A stretch of 64,000 nt of DNA from the NCBI GenBank assembly GCA_044892505.1, contig CM097882.1, positions 338,768,001 to 338,832,000 of the forward strand, read 5' to 3'. The DNA comes from Schmidtea nova. Its lineage: Eukaryota. The position numbers were made by a program, and so were the translations under genes. Below, one piece after another: positions 40,252 through 53,008 of the stretch. Below the pieces are notes generated by a model. That model was not told the DNA's origin. It did no database searches and saw only the letters and a list, made by a program, of their open reading frames with translations. Numbering within the stretch: the stretch's first letter is position 1; each line of letters opens with the position of its first letter.

Positions 40252-40853
40252 CGTCACACTCATGTGCACTATATGTGAGTGCACTATATGTGCACTTCAG
40301 TGAAACACGGTGTAAATAGCTTCTTTCTTAGAAAAATATGTATGATTCGTTGAGTTCATTTCAAATTTAGTAGTTTTTTTGCATTGTAATGTCTTACCTT
40401 TTGTCGCGTTGACTCCTACGTAATTCAATAAATACAGTGTCCTGGGAGATATCAAAATACATTTGTTCTCGAAGACGTGGATCTCAATACAGTTTATTTT
40501 ATCACACATTAGCACAATTATCATTTTTTATTGATAATCTTGGAGGCGTACATGGGTCCCCTCATTTAAGATCAGAGTTTTCAATTATGCCTATAATTGA
40601 ATAGTTGACATTAGAGGGTTTCTCATTTGATAGCATGCTCTTTGCATTGTATAGTGTTAATATTTCATTTATTAGTGGTTTTTGGTAATTGTGATAATTT
40701 ATTTATAATTATTGTTACATCAATTTCAATATCGTCTTTTGTTCACTTATATTTTAATTGTGTATTAAAATTCATCTAAAAAATAAATTATCGTAAGAAC
40801 TACAAAACACTAATAAATTAAAAAATTAACACTGCCTAATGCAAAGGTTATAC

Positions 40854-43669
40854 TAGTGATTGCAAAAACTATAGTTAAAGTCAAAACCGATTTTTTCGGT
40901 TTTGGTTTTACAAAAACCGATTAATCGGTTTTTAATCGGTTTTTTAAAAGGAATTGTTTTGTGAAATTATTTCTTGTCGAAATATTTCCCTCTAGCAAAT
41001 ATTTTTATTTTACCATGTTTTTAAATTTAGAATATATAATATTTATTTAAAAAAAAAGAAAAAAAATATAATTCATTAACAAAACACAAATAAAAAATTC
41101 ATTTTAAAAATTGTGAAGACATGTTTTCTAAATTTTATTGAAGTGACCACGTAGAAAGCATAAGTCATCTATGGTTTTATCACTTAATCGTGATCTGAGT
41201 TTGGTACAGAAGTTTCCTGATACAGAAAATGCCCTCTCTGATTCCACGCTTGTAGGAGGAATTGATTTCAATGTATTATAACAAAGATCCAACCATTTAC
41301 CGCGATGTCCATCATCTTCAAACTGAGCAAGCTCACGTTTTAAAGTTTTTTCGATTATTGAAGAAGTGTAAGAAAAAGTGGTTCGTTTTTCAGGCACAGC
41401 CAAATGCTTATCAATAGCTCGTTGCATTTGTTGCTTGATTGTGTCAGCTTCGTTTTCGGTTTCTTCTACTATTGATACTTCCATACCAGCATCTTCCTCG
41501 CTGCGTTGCTGTTCTAGTACGTCAGGTTCGTTATCTGATTTAAATAATCGTTGCACCATATCCAATAAGAGTTTCTTGACTATGCTTTTCTTCAAAGCAG
41601 GAAATATGTCAGTGGTTGAAGAGGAAGTATTAGCATAACCACTGTGCAAGTACTGCAACAAACCTGATAAATCGGTCCGCCTTTCTTTAATTCGTAATTC
41701 TAATGCATCCTTCATTTCAATTGCAAGACTGTAGTTCATTTTTTTCCAGCGTGCTTAGCAGGAATTTCAACGTTGATTCTGCAGTCAATAAATTAGCATC
41801 TCGACGGCAGAGAGCTTCGAGTGCAAATTTAATTGGAGTAAGCGTAGCAACAGTTTCGGACAGCAGGTTGAATTCATCTACAGAAAACAGATAACTTGAT
41901 TTAATATCGATCAAAGCTTTCTGAATAGCTGATTTCAATTTTAAAAAAAGATCCAACATAGTCAGTAGGCTGTTCCATCGAGTTTTTGAGTCCAAAATCA
42001 ACATGATTTCTTTTCCAAATTCAGCTTTCAAGTACTTTTGCAATATATCGTCATTTCTTGTTGGAGAAAGCCGAAATATTCTGATTACTTTGCGTACCTT
42101 TGCTATCAGTGGCATGAGTCGGTGGTGAGAAATCGGAATTACTTTATTGCCAATAACTACATCAAAATTGTAGTTCAGATTGTTACTATTTTTATCATCA
42201 GAATCTTCATCAGTTGAATCTTCTTCGTTTTCGGGTAAATCCTCCACTTCAGCAACATCAAACGAGTTATTACGGTATAACACACCTAAGACTGCTAACT
42301 GTATCGCATGCGCAAAACAAAGCTGCTGCGAAACAGGAATCAGTCTTCCAACCTTTTTCATGACGGCGGCTCCGTCTGTGGTTATGCAAACAACATCTTT
42401 TTCCATTGAAATGTTAAAAACACATAACTTTTCCAAAAGAAGATCAACACACTTTTCAGCGGGTAAACTTCCTACAACACGGGCCTAACCTAAATTCCAG
42501 AATTGTCCTACGCAATTTGAATGAGCATTTATATTTAAGTATCTTCTATTTCGACTTGATGTCCACTCATCGAATGAGAGGCTGAATCTTCCACCTCTCT
42601 CTTTATAGTGCGATATTTCATTTACAACTTCATCTCGTATTTTTTTTGAGTAACTAACAATCAATCGTCTTATTGTGTTGGGAGATTTAGGAACATTCTG
42701 AAACCCTTTTGCAATTAAAAGTTTTCTTAAATCAGACGAAGTACAAAACATCGATAGTGGAATCCCGTCCTTCGCAGTCATTCTTGAAATAATTGCTGCT
42801 AGAGAGTCATCAGTTTTATTTCGGAAAAAATTTGTTAATGATGAGTTTTGAGAGCAGAAAGAAGATTCAACTTCCAAACAATTTTTACCCGTTGTAGTTC
42901 TTTTTAAGGCATTGATACTGTGTGCAGTTTTTAAATGCGAATGCAAAGAACTTGTTGATCTACCATAGCACTTTAACACCTTCATGCATTTTTTACATTT
43001 TGCTGACTGATTGATTTTGTTATACTCGAAGAAATGCCATATATTGTGTAACTCAGAGCTTGTTTTGTTTTTTTCAGTTGGTTGGAAATTTGATTCCATT
43101 ATTAAGAAGACCAAGAGTTTTTATCTTAAAACTAAAAAAAAACAATTAAATTAATACCCTAATAATAATTTCATATATTGATACAAATATAATGTTTGAT
43201 TTTTATGCTTAAAACTTACATTTGCTGCAAATTGTATAATATTAAATTTATATTTAAAAACACAAGAACGTATATTTAAAAACACAAGAACAATACTTTT
43301 ACTAATTCACACTACAAATAAACATTTTTGACAATAATAATTATGCCTGCTGTACTCAATGCCGAAAAAAATATATTTGAAAAAATATTGTACACAAAAA
43401 TTTTGTATAGAAAATTATACGGAAAATTTTTTCTACAAAATTCATTGGAAATATTGTAGGAAAAAAATTAAAATTCATGTAAATGCACAATTCCGCGGAA
43501 AATTTTTATGGAATTCTTGATTAGAAATATTTTGGAAAGAATATTATCGAAAAAAATGTAAAATATGAATAATCGATTTTTAAGACGGTTAAACCGATTA
43601 ATTGGTTTGCTAAAATTGGTCGATTAATCGATTAATCGATTAATCGGGTAACCGTTTTTGCAATCACTA
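40854..43669 (-). mobile_element. Near-complete Ac/hobo-type hAT transposon with BED finger, 2816 bp
   Basis: TIR TAGTGATTGCAAAAAC; perfect 8-bp TSD GGTTATAC; CGATTAAT subterminal repeats at both ends; transposase 43114-41128 (BED finger IWHFF..AKCKKC..LHSHLKTAH, SFDEWTS, TTDGAA, CFAHAIQL, TRWNS, PPTSVESERAFS) with one TAG at 42485-42487 and one frameshift at ~41745. Confidence 0.96.
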
Positions 43670-43829
43670 GGTTATACTATTAAATGAGAAACAATATATC
43701 CTTTCACAGTCAAAGAAAATCCTTGTTTCTTTAACAATTTCTCATTAAAATATAAAATTTTATTAAAATATAATATTTTATTTGTATATAAAAGATATAA
43801 ACACGAAGTACAATTCATAAACAAAAAAC

Positions 43830-44128
43830 ATTGATTTAGAAACATTTTCTTCTAGATTTCATTTCTGCAAAATCTTCAACAATGGAATCAAAATCCATTT
43901 CGCGGAGAAGTTCAGATTCTATAGTCAATAATGATAACGCATTAAGTCGGTCTTGTCCAGTGAAGCTTCTTATATGATTTTTAACACGAGATAATGTTGA
44001 AAATGATCTTGTGCTTTTGTGAAATTTTAACTTTACAAAGCTCTTATATTAAATATAATTAAATACTTCTTTACTTATATTACATAAATATATTAATCTG
44101 CTAATCTGCTGTAAATCCAGGCCTATAT
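43830..44128 (-). mobile_element. hAT relic (C-terminal domain fused to sequence related to the 46609 MITE)
   Basis: RSFSTLSRVKNHIRSFTGQDRLNALSLLTIES..FAEMKSRR; 44010-44100 resembles the interior of 46609-47039. Confidence 0.7.
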
Positions 44129-45123
44129 ACACACATACATATACTGCATTAAGTAACACATCATAGAAGCCAGGAAAATCAAATATCCCATTACAATTAC
44201 ATCACAATGATCAAAGATAAAAATAGTACTAAAATAAACAGAATAATTTTTTTTTAAATTATTTTAAAAATTCCCATTAAAATATTGTTAAAATCACCAA
44301 GATAGGCACAAAAATAGATTTAGAATAAATTCATTTTGTGGGTAAGAAAAACTATACAGATCGCGCGTGAAACCCGAGACCAGAATGCGTGGGCGTTACA
44401 TAGTAAAGTAGTATAAATAGAACGCTGAAATCTTTAATTTAAAATCTCACTTACCAGCACACTTTGCTTAATTTTTTTATGTTGCTAAAGCACTGCTCAA
44501 ATTTTCTTCGAAGCAATTTGAAGAATAAACATATTTTTGTAATATTTACATCCACCGAGAGAAAATCAACAATAGAAACGCTTCAAATGAAACAATTTTG
44601 AGAATGGTTAAAGCTACAATTGGAAGAAGCAAAAAGAGTACAAAGCTCATATATCGAAAAAACAGACCAAACAACGTAAAGAACAAATTTTTGAAGATAT
44701 CGTGAGGGTGACAGTAAGTCAACAAAACACCAAACTTTAAGAGCAAGAGAGAGAGAGTGAAAAGAAACAAGAAAGAAAACAAGAAGAATCAGCATAATGA
44801 CAAATTAGCAACTCGAATAACAAGGACCAATGATAAAGAAGCTCATGAAGCAGAATTCAGATTGAGTCAAGTTAAATGATTGCATGGATGTGCTGAAGAA
44901 GATCATTGGAGAAAAATAAAAAAAGAATTATTAAAAGCAGAGATGTTTAAACTAACGAACGAAAGTAATAGCGCATAAAATAAAGAATAATGGTCGAAAC
45001 AAAAAAAATCAAAGAAAATCAAAGAAAACAACAATTTTATAAGAGTGAATGTAATAAAACGGATAATTTGGATGATGTAATGAATATATGTATAGGATCT
45101 ATCAAACAAAAAATCCTAAATTC

Positions 45124-45570
45124 ATGATAGTGTTGCCGTATTCGGAGGGGTTAACCGAGTATAAAAGAAAGATATAAAAGCAATTGAATGGTTTAAACTT
45201 TAGGATTGTCTCCAATTCTTGCAAAATGAGTAGTATGTTTGTTAATAAGTCGCAAATTCCGATAGGATTGCGTTCAGATCTCGCTTATCAATCTACATAT
45301 AATTGTGTAATGCCACATACATTGAAGAGAGTGTCCGTCATATAATTACTCGAGTTCATGAATATGATCGACCGAAGAGTGTCCAATATTAGTGATCATA
45401 ATAAAATCTGTAACAGAAAGATTGGCATGTCTGATTTTAAAATTTTATGAAAAAATCCTAATAATCATTATGAACGCATTATACGTGAAGCGTTGTTGAT
45501 AAGATCTTTATATCCTAAAATTAATGTGCAGAATGCTGTGAACACCTGTATTTTGAATGCTTTTAAATAG
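45124..45570 (+). pseudogene. Penelope-like element 3' relic: linker plus GIY-YIG endonuclease
   Basis: VLPYSEG..NFRIV..KSQIPIGLRSDLAYQ..C..NATYIEES.RHIITRVHEY...DFKIL..ERIIREALLIRSLYPKINVQ, with stops and frameshifts. Confidence 0.8.
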
Positions 45571-45749
45571 TTTGTGTGTTAGTATGTGTGTTTTGTTGTA
45601 TTTATTAAATTGAATGATGAAATTGGTTTTGTTAAAATTTAATAAATAATTTTTTTAATATTTTAGAAATTTTGTTAATAATTAAAAAGTTTGTTAATAA
45701 TTATTCATTTTAAAATTTATTTGAGGATTGATTTTTAATAATATTTAAA

Positions 45750-45947
45750 ATTAATATCAATAATTCCCATAATGGTAAGACTATAGATCAATATTTCTTT
45801 AAATAAGTACACAATATTTCGGCACAGCCTTTATCAAGTGTGTATAAGTAAATACACACTTGATAAAGGCTGTGCCGAAATATTGTGTACTTATTTAAAG
45901 AAATTTCGATCTATAGTCTTACCATTATGGGAATTATTGATATTAAT
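45750..45947. repeat. 198-bp palindrome (96-bp arms, 2 mismatches, 6-nt loop) in the Penelope-like terminal region
   Basis: Arms 45750-45845 and 45852-45947 compared base by base. Confidence 0.95.
45856..45888 (+). ncRNA. Variant minimal hammerhead motif (U3-A8 core); mirror copy on the minus strand at 45809-45841
   Basis: acac-TTGATAA-a-ggc(tgt)gcc-GAAA-ta-TT-gtgt; palindromic ATAT stem III; AUU triplet. Confidence 0.6.
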
Positions 45948-46100
45948 ATTAAAAAAAGATCAAAGGTGAAACAAAAAGATAAATATGATAATATTTAAAA
46001 AATATATAAATCATATTTAAAAATTTTAAATATTTATCTAATTATATTACCTAATTTGTTTCTATAAATTGAATTTACCATAGTTTTTTGTTTTCTGGAT

Positions 46101-46137
46101 ACTTGATGATGACAGGGAGTCTGTCAAAATGTATAGT
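46101..46137 (+). ncRNA. Decayed hammerhead-like motif
   Basis: ac-TTGATGA-t-gacag(ggagt)ctgtc-AAAA-tgta-TA-gt; 5-bp stem II intact, core mutated. Confidence 0.4.
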
Positions 46138-46608
46138 TCACATGTTATATAAATAACGTTTTTTTATTAATTTACATCATTTTTTATAGTTATTAACTCA
46201 ATCTACATGAAGTTTATTTTCATTTTTACTTGAATTTTTATTAATTAAAATTTTACTATTTACTTTTGATTTTTTTGAACCTTATCACGTTTCTTTCCGT
46301 TCATTCACAGAATGGATTAATCTCTTTCTATTTCAATAATTTTCATTTTAATTTCTTTAAAAAAATTATAAGATCAAAACTTTTTTTAGTTATAGGGTAC
46401 AACAAAAAATATTTCTATCTTTAGTCTTACAAAAATGAAAATGAAAATTATTGAATTAAAAAAAATTTTTTTTTATCTTTTAGTCATTAAACATCTTTAG
46501 TAGTGTTATACACCAACGAGCATAAACTAAGGGCGAGATAGACAACAATTAAGGTATCTATAATAATAATAATTTAAATTATATATAGAAAAATAATACA
46601 TACCTACT

Positions 46609-47039
46609 CAGAGCCGGATTTACTTTTGAGGGGGCTCAATGCTAAAAATCTTATGGGGCCTTTTTATAATTTTTAAAACAAAAATGTTAATTTGTTAAAG
46701 CTATTTCATTTGACTTAAAACACAATCAGTAATCTGAAGCAATGATTTGATTTTAATATTTTGTTTAAACGGTTGAAAAAATTAAAGCCAACATTTTTTT
46801 TAAATAAAAATTTGAAAAAATATCGTTCTTTTGTGAAATTTTTACTTTAGAAAGGTATTATATTAAATATAATATGTAATATAATTAAATAATTCTTTAC
46901 TTATATATTAAATAAATATAATAATCTGCAAATAAATAAAATATGTAAAGTTTTTATAATAATAATACAAAATTTGGGGCCCACGCTAGTCAGGGCCGTA
47001 GGCTTCAGCTTTGTCAGTCTAAGGGTAAATCCCGGTCTG
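46609..47039. mobile_element. hAT MITE, 431 bp
   Basis: TIR CAGAGCCGGATTTAC / GTAAATCCCGGTCTG (imperfect); TSD TACCTACT / TACCTATT (7/8). Confidence 0.85.
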
Positions 47040-48097
47040 TACCTATTGTAGATAATGACAAAATTTTACCAATGAACCAAAAGAGAAAAAAACTTTAATT
47101 TTGTTGACTAAAAAAACGAAAATAAATTATCACTGTTATAGAAATGAAATATTGTAGACTTTTACCATCCGTCTTTCTCAACACAAATATTAACATTATT
47201 CTTTGTCAAATTTGCAAAAAGTTAATAGTTGATTGACAATTTTATGGAATGGTTCCACTGAAAATTATTTGCAATTTTGTAAATACTGACCTCAGGTGGC
47301 TGTACACTGCTATATTACTTCATTAGGTTACCCCCGCATTAATTATTACTGCTAATAATGAATCACGAGAATTATAAGTAGTAATGAAACTGTCCTCTTG
47401 ACACGGAAATACTTCTCAAAATTTTATTTTTATGAATAATAATTTCTCAAATCAAGTATAAACATGAACTACAGTCGACCTGATTGACTTCCGATATGAG
47501 GCCAAAATGTTTATTTTTTTGTTATTTTGATGAATTTCTTTCAAGCAGTCGTTGCAAACCTACCTAAACTGCGGATAAGGCAAAGTTGATATGTATGATC
47601 TACCTACTATTATGCGGTAAGGGGAGGCTATTTTGAATAATACATATAGAAAAGGAAATTTACAACATTTTTAAGTTGATGAATGTATAAAAAATTATTT
47701 AATTTGTTCAATATTTAAATAATTTAAAAACATATTTTCGTTGATTTATTCTAGTTTTCAATAAATTTTTTAAAATGCCTTTATTGTTTATTAACTTTGA
47801 AACAATCCATTTTACTGGCCTCATCATGTGAATCAAGGGTCTCCGATCTTGCACAGTCAATGGAAACATTCCAGCTTATGATATTCCTAAAGAGACATTA
47901 TTTATAAGAAATTGGTAAATGCAGATACTTACTAATAAAAAATCTCATCAGTGGCTAGCTGCAGAGCCGTCGCCTCCTCACCTGCGGTTGCAGAGAGCCC
48001 CTATAAATATAATGGGAAAAAAGTTTACCCACCTTTTTTAGAGTAAATTATAGAGTATAAGTATGAAAGAAATGATAATGACAGTGTAGTGGTCTAA

Positions 48098-48240
48098 AAG
48101 ATTGATGTTAAAGCTTGTCTCAAAATATTAAAGAAACATGGTCTGCCTCAAACTTCCACTTTATTCAGTGCTATTAGATTTTCAACAGTTCATTTTAATG
48201 ACGAGTCAACTCCAAAAACAATCAAGGTGGTGATAATTGA
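48098..48240 (+). pseudogene. FAM49: CYRI/FAM49 extreme C-terminal fragment
   Basis: KIDVKACLKILKK....TLFSAIRFSTVHFNDESTPKTIK matches the CYRI C-terminus (KIDMKGCIKVLK....[22 protein letters not shown]). No upstream coding sequence is present. Confidence 0.8.
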
Positions 48241-48608
48241 AGCTACAAAATGGTCTTGAAATCATATAAATGAAAAACCGAACTTATTATGATATGAACG
48301 ACGTGATAAATTCCCAATTCCAATTTAATACATCAAATCCACAATTACTATAATGTATCATTTGATAGAATGTCTCAATTCTACTTTTTATTTCATTTCC
48401 TAACTGTAACAACATTGTTATATACGTTTTCTAATTAATTACTTTAAAAGTTTTTAAAAAAACAATTAAAATTGAAACTACGATAATTAGACTATTGTGT
48501 GAGTTTGTTTTACGCATTTACTTTTTTTTAATTCTGAATATTTGATTTAAAATTGTGATTGTTGGATTTTGTTGGAATAAATACATTTTTGCACTTCAAA
48601 TTTAAATA

Positions 48609-48990
48609 ATGAAATTAATTTTCATATTATTGTCATTATTTTCTTTCACTTTTTGCGGGGAATTCTTTCTGAAAAAGGAATACAGTCTAGTAAAATCATA
48701 TTCAGGATCATGGGATTTTTTCGGAACTTCAGTAATGACAAATGACTATATTAAATTGACAAGTAATCAGCAAAGTCTGGAGGAATAATTAATTTAAATC
48801 CCAATGTAATGCGTGATTGGGAAATTCATTTGAATTTCAAAGTTCGCGGAGACACGGGTACGTTATTTGGAGATGGATTATTGTTTTGGTATACAGACAA
48901 ACCTTTACAGTCAGGTCCAGTATTCGGAAACCAAGATTATTTCAAAGGTCTTGCTATATTTCTAGACACGTACAGCAATCATCCTGGAGC
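48609..48990 (+). pseudogene. LMAN2: VIP36/LMAN2 L-type lectin 5' fragment (signal peptide plus part of the lectin domain), one frameshift
   Basis: MKLIFILLSLFSFTFCG..LKKEYSLVK..WDFFG..YIKLT / DWEIHLNFKVRG..GDGLLFWYT..GPVFG..FKGLAIFLDTYSN; frameshift at ~48775; 3' half absent. Confidence 0.88.
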
Positions 48991-50129
48991 ACTAAAGACA
49001 GTTTAGATAGGGTCACAGGCCCCGAACAACACACAAATCAGCTGTGGTGTTAGATTGGTAGTGTATTGTTTGTTTACGTCTTACAAATGGAAATATCCAC
49101 TAACCAATCCATTCATATCTGCATTATTTTTCATTTGAGAATCCTTTCTTTTCATATAAGAATATCACTTCTTAAGTTATCAAACAGTATACAGAACGTC
49201 AATTATCTATATAATTTTATTCATATAATTTTTTATAAAAATGTGAGTAAACACTGGCTGCGCAAAACTTTCACCTGAGGGGCCTCATTCCGAAATTTTG
49301 CAAGGGCCTCCAAAAAGCACGCGACGGCTCAGTTAGACTTTGTCTGTTTTTTATTTCAAATTATATTCAATTAAGTGTAGTCACTGAGATCTACACATGC
49401 ATTAAATCTTCGGCATCTGACCAGTTTCTGTATTTAGGCTATGTGGTTCCGTATCTAAAGAAAAATCTCTTACAGTAGATTATTTTCCTTTGAATGAAAA
49501 ATATTTTTCTTGAACTCAATCCATATCATTCAATTTGTAGACTAATTCTGTTAAATTTTCAATTTTTTTAACAGCCGTAGTTGAAAAATTTTTTAATTAC
49601 ACATAAAATATAAATTTTGGATTTAGTTATAGAAAAAATGAAAATTTCCAAAATAGAAACGAAAAGATCAATGGTGAAAATAAGATGTTAATGATAATTC
49701 TGTAAAACAACATTTTTTATTATAACTTACAAAAAATCTTTTCAACACTATACGACATGATTTTGTGTGGCTATAATAGATAAATAATAAAAAACCTTAG
49801 TGTGAACCCTTGAAAACCTTTGCGGACATTAAATTGATGTAACAAGCGTGTAACCAATCGGAATTCAGTATCACATAAACAAGAAGACGTGCATTTATTC
49901 GGCAGTTTCTAATAGACAGGAAATATGCTAAATTTTGATTGGTCAATTTAGTAACAAAGTAACTTAATAAGCATTAATAAATAGTAAAGTTTTAGAATTC
50001 TATTTTTTTTCATTGACTATATACATTGATATTTTATTATATTTCTGAAGCAATGTTCATTGAGTGTTTGGTTCTTCATGTCACTCAGTGATGGCATGTT
50101 GTTGGAGAGTCAGAATATGTCTCTGTTTT

Positions 50130-51180
50130 TTATTGCATTAAAGCGATTGCCTAGAAATAATTTCCCTGTCAATAATATGATAGAAGGATTTCACTTTTAG
50201 GTTTATCAGAAGCCCTCATGAGTGTTTTAGGAATTTTGCCTCGCAGTAACATTGGCTGAATGTGAGATTGACCTCTTTCGTTGATTGTAATACGTGGCTA
50301 ATTTAATAATTCTCTAGTTTTCCACTTGGCACCTCTATTAATATCCTCGCTGTTTATTTCCATCTTCCTCGTGCTTTATAGCTCAACATCTTTTGTTTTT
50401 GCTTTTTGTTCGGTTTTATTATATCTGTTACCGCGTTTTTATCTTTTTCTTTGTTAATTTCCTTTGAAAATTTCGGCCGTCCTTGATGCTATCTTGATAA
50501 TTTCTCTTAAATTTTGGTTTTTTCTTCTCCTGTCTTTCCTGTGACACATCAAAATATCGTCTTTAACATTTAATACTGTTTGTTAAATGATATTTCCTTA
50601 CAATTATCATTAAGTCACTTCTCCACGCGCTCACAACCTGTACTACAATTACCTGAACGCTTTCCAACTAGATCTTTGCAAACTTGATCCCCATTGACAA
50701 TATCACATAATTACTCGACCTTTGTTCTTGCAATGCAACAATTGTCCTCCTTACCATCTTATGATGTTGCATCCACATCGTTATTGTTATATCTTTAATT
50801 GGGTTTAGGAGAGTGATTTTTCTCACTTTTATTCAATTTGTTTTCGTTTCCTGTAACAAAACAGTGTGACTGGCTGTAAAATTTGCACATCATTCAATCA
50901 TCCTACACTTTTTCGAGTTTTCAAGAGTTTTCCTTGAGTACATGTCTCTTCTTTCCTGCTATAGCTATATCGCTTGTATTCTTCTGTATATGATTTTAGT
51001 TGTGTTTCACAATTTTAAAGTGTCACGATTAACCTCACGGTTGCACCGATAGTTACCACGCTTTGCAATCATATTGGTATCGCATAACACTTTTTCTGTT
51101 TTTCCTCCAAGTTTATTGGTTGTCTTCTTAGCTCAATTATTATTATCGGCAATGGACATTAACTGACGAAGTTAAGCTTT
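50130..51180 (-). pseudogene. Heavily decayed retrotransposon pol-like relic
   Basis: Purine-rich minus strand with scattered RT N-terminal-like residues and many stops; no intact motif. Confidence 0.3.
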
Positions 51181-51265
51181 ATTAGATGAGTAGACTCAAT
51201 AGTTTATTCATCTATCATAGACATTTTTATTTTTTGTTATAATTTTTACTAGTTTCTTATATCTC

Positions 51266-51760
51266 TGTTGGGCTAACAGAAGTGAAATATTTGATTGTTT
51301 AATGCGTCAGAAATACACACACAACGCAATAAGTTAATTCAAATCCATGAAAACCCAAACACACAAAAACATTGTACATGAGGATCAATAAACATTGTTA
51401 ATTAAATAATTATACAAGAGATCGCAAGCACAACACAGTAGGCATAGAAACCGCATTTCATAAGCCGATCGAGAAAAGAGGCATCTCAAGAGAGAGCACA
51501 CAATTTGATTACAGGTCGAATTTACAAACAAAAAACTTCATAAAAATTGAATGGAGCAGATCATAGCTATAATAGAAGTACAAGAAAGCATGATCAAGGT
51601 ATAAAATAGCACTAAAATAAAGGAAATAATTTATTAAAGATTATAGTAAAATTCTCATTCAATTATCGTAAAAATCACAAAGATATGAATAAATATATCA
51701 ATTATTGCGCGCTAACACTCAAAGTGGTGTACACACAAAGTATCAGTGAATTAATAGCAA
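51266..51760 (+). mobile_element. Family X LTR-like relic
   Basis: TGTTGGGCT start; block AAAAGAGGCATCTCAAGAGAGAGCACACAATTTGA..AGCATGATCAA shared with 36550-36720. Confidence 0.6.
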
Positions 51761-51937
51761 ATAATTAGAAAATAAATCATTAAGTCCGTGCAATATGTAG
51801 GAAGGAAATATTATTTTGTCACGCAATTAAATTTTTATTGTAACTATATTATTATAGGTTTTATTTTTGAAGTTTGTTTTAAATTATCATTACAGTTTTT
51901 ATTAACATTTGCGAGATTTTGAAATTTGGTGCAAGTC

Positions 51938-52945
51938 ATGATTGAAACAGTGGAATATCACAGCGTTATAAAGTTCATGGTATTACGCCATGTTCCCAAT
52001 GACCAAATTTTTTCCCAATTGGAGGAGACATATGGCGAGGACTTTCCATCACGAAGAGCAATGTACAAGTGGATTGCACTGTGTAAACATGGGAGATAGT
52101 CAGTTTTTGATGACCAAAGGACTGGACACCCATGTGACATTTCTGACAAAATTAAAGAAATTTGTGAATCTCTACTGCAAGAAGACCGTTCAATCACAAC
52201 GCAGGCACTGCTGATGCTGTAAATGTGAATAAAGGAACCATACAAGAAATTCAGTATGAATTGGGAGTGATAAAGTTGGCGTCCAGATTTGTTCCCCGCT
52301 TTCTTTCATCAGAGATATGTGTAAAGCGACTGGAGTGCTCTCAGGCAAACCTCCTTCTTTTCCAACAGCTGGTGAGACGTTACTGCGTAATATCATCACC
52401 CTCTCAGTCTATATCTGCCAGAAACTAAAAGCAAGTCAAGAGAGTGAAAATTTCCAGGAGAATCAAGTTCCAAGAAGATGATATCTGGAACCTCCCACAG
52501 AAAATGCCTGATGCTGAGCATTTTTTGGGATGCCGTGGTGTTATCCTTGTTGATTTTGCTGGAAAAAACATGAGGTTCAACTCTGCATTTTACTCTGATC
52601 TTGAGTATAAATGCCGACATGCTTGACGAAAAGAACAGGACATTCCCACATGATTTCTCCAGGACAACGCACCAATTCACAAAAGTGCAGCATCCATGCG
52701 AGTTCTGGAGGAAACCGGATTTGACTTGTTAGACCACCCTCCCTACAATCCAGACCTTGCTTCCAGTGACCTTTACCTCTTCAGGTATATGAAGAAACAT
52801 TTGCGTGGCAGAGAATTTGCAAATGCTGAAGATCTGAAGAGTTTCCTGCGTGATCAATCCTCAGATTTCTTCAAAAATGCATTCCCTGAACTAATCTAGT
52901 GATGGCAAAAGTTTTTGAATGTAAATGGTTCTTATGTTTGAAAAT
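51938..52945 (+). pseudogene. mariner (DD34D-type) transposase relic
   Basis: HTH EYHSVIKF..LEETYGE..MYKW; SRFVPRFL (WVPHEL equivalent); LQDNAPIH; HPPYNPDLASSDLYLF; many stops and frameshifts. Confidence 0.9.
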
Positions 52946-53008
52946 GATGTCTATACATGCTACATGTGTTGGTATGGGTGTTGTTTTAAACGTAATTATT
53001 GAGTAAAC

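Larger units (their letters stand above)
47962..49332. mobile_element. Non-autonomous hAT-like element carrying host gene fragments (Pack-TIR candidate)
   Basis: TIR CAGAGCCGTCGC / GCGACGGCTCAG (11/12) with GC-rich GGGCC(C/T) subterminal motifs like the other hATs here. No TSD found. Confidence 0.6.

Noticed and set aside
44500-45050. Purine-rich gag-like stretches here and at 61900-62420
   Set aside because: Composition suggests retroelement relics but no diagnostic motif could be read, so no call was made.
47800-47915. SCTVNG..YDIPKETLFIRNW, faintly cytochrome P450-like
   Set aside because: Too short, flanked by stops, no ExxR or heme motif; the sequence overlaps a motif also seen near 47495 and 60820, suggesting a repeat.
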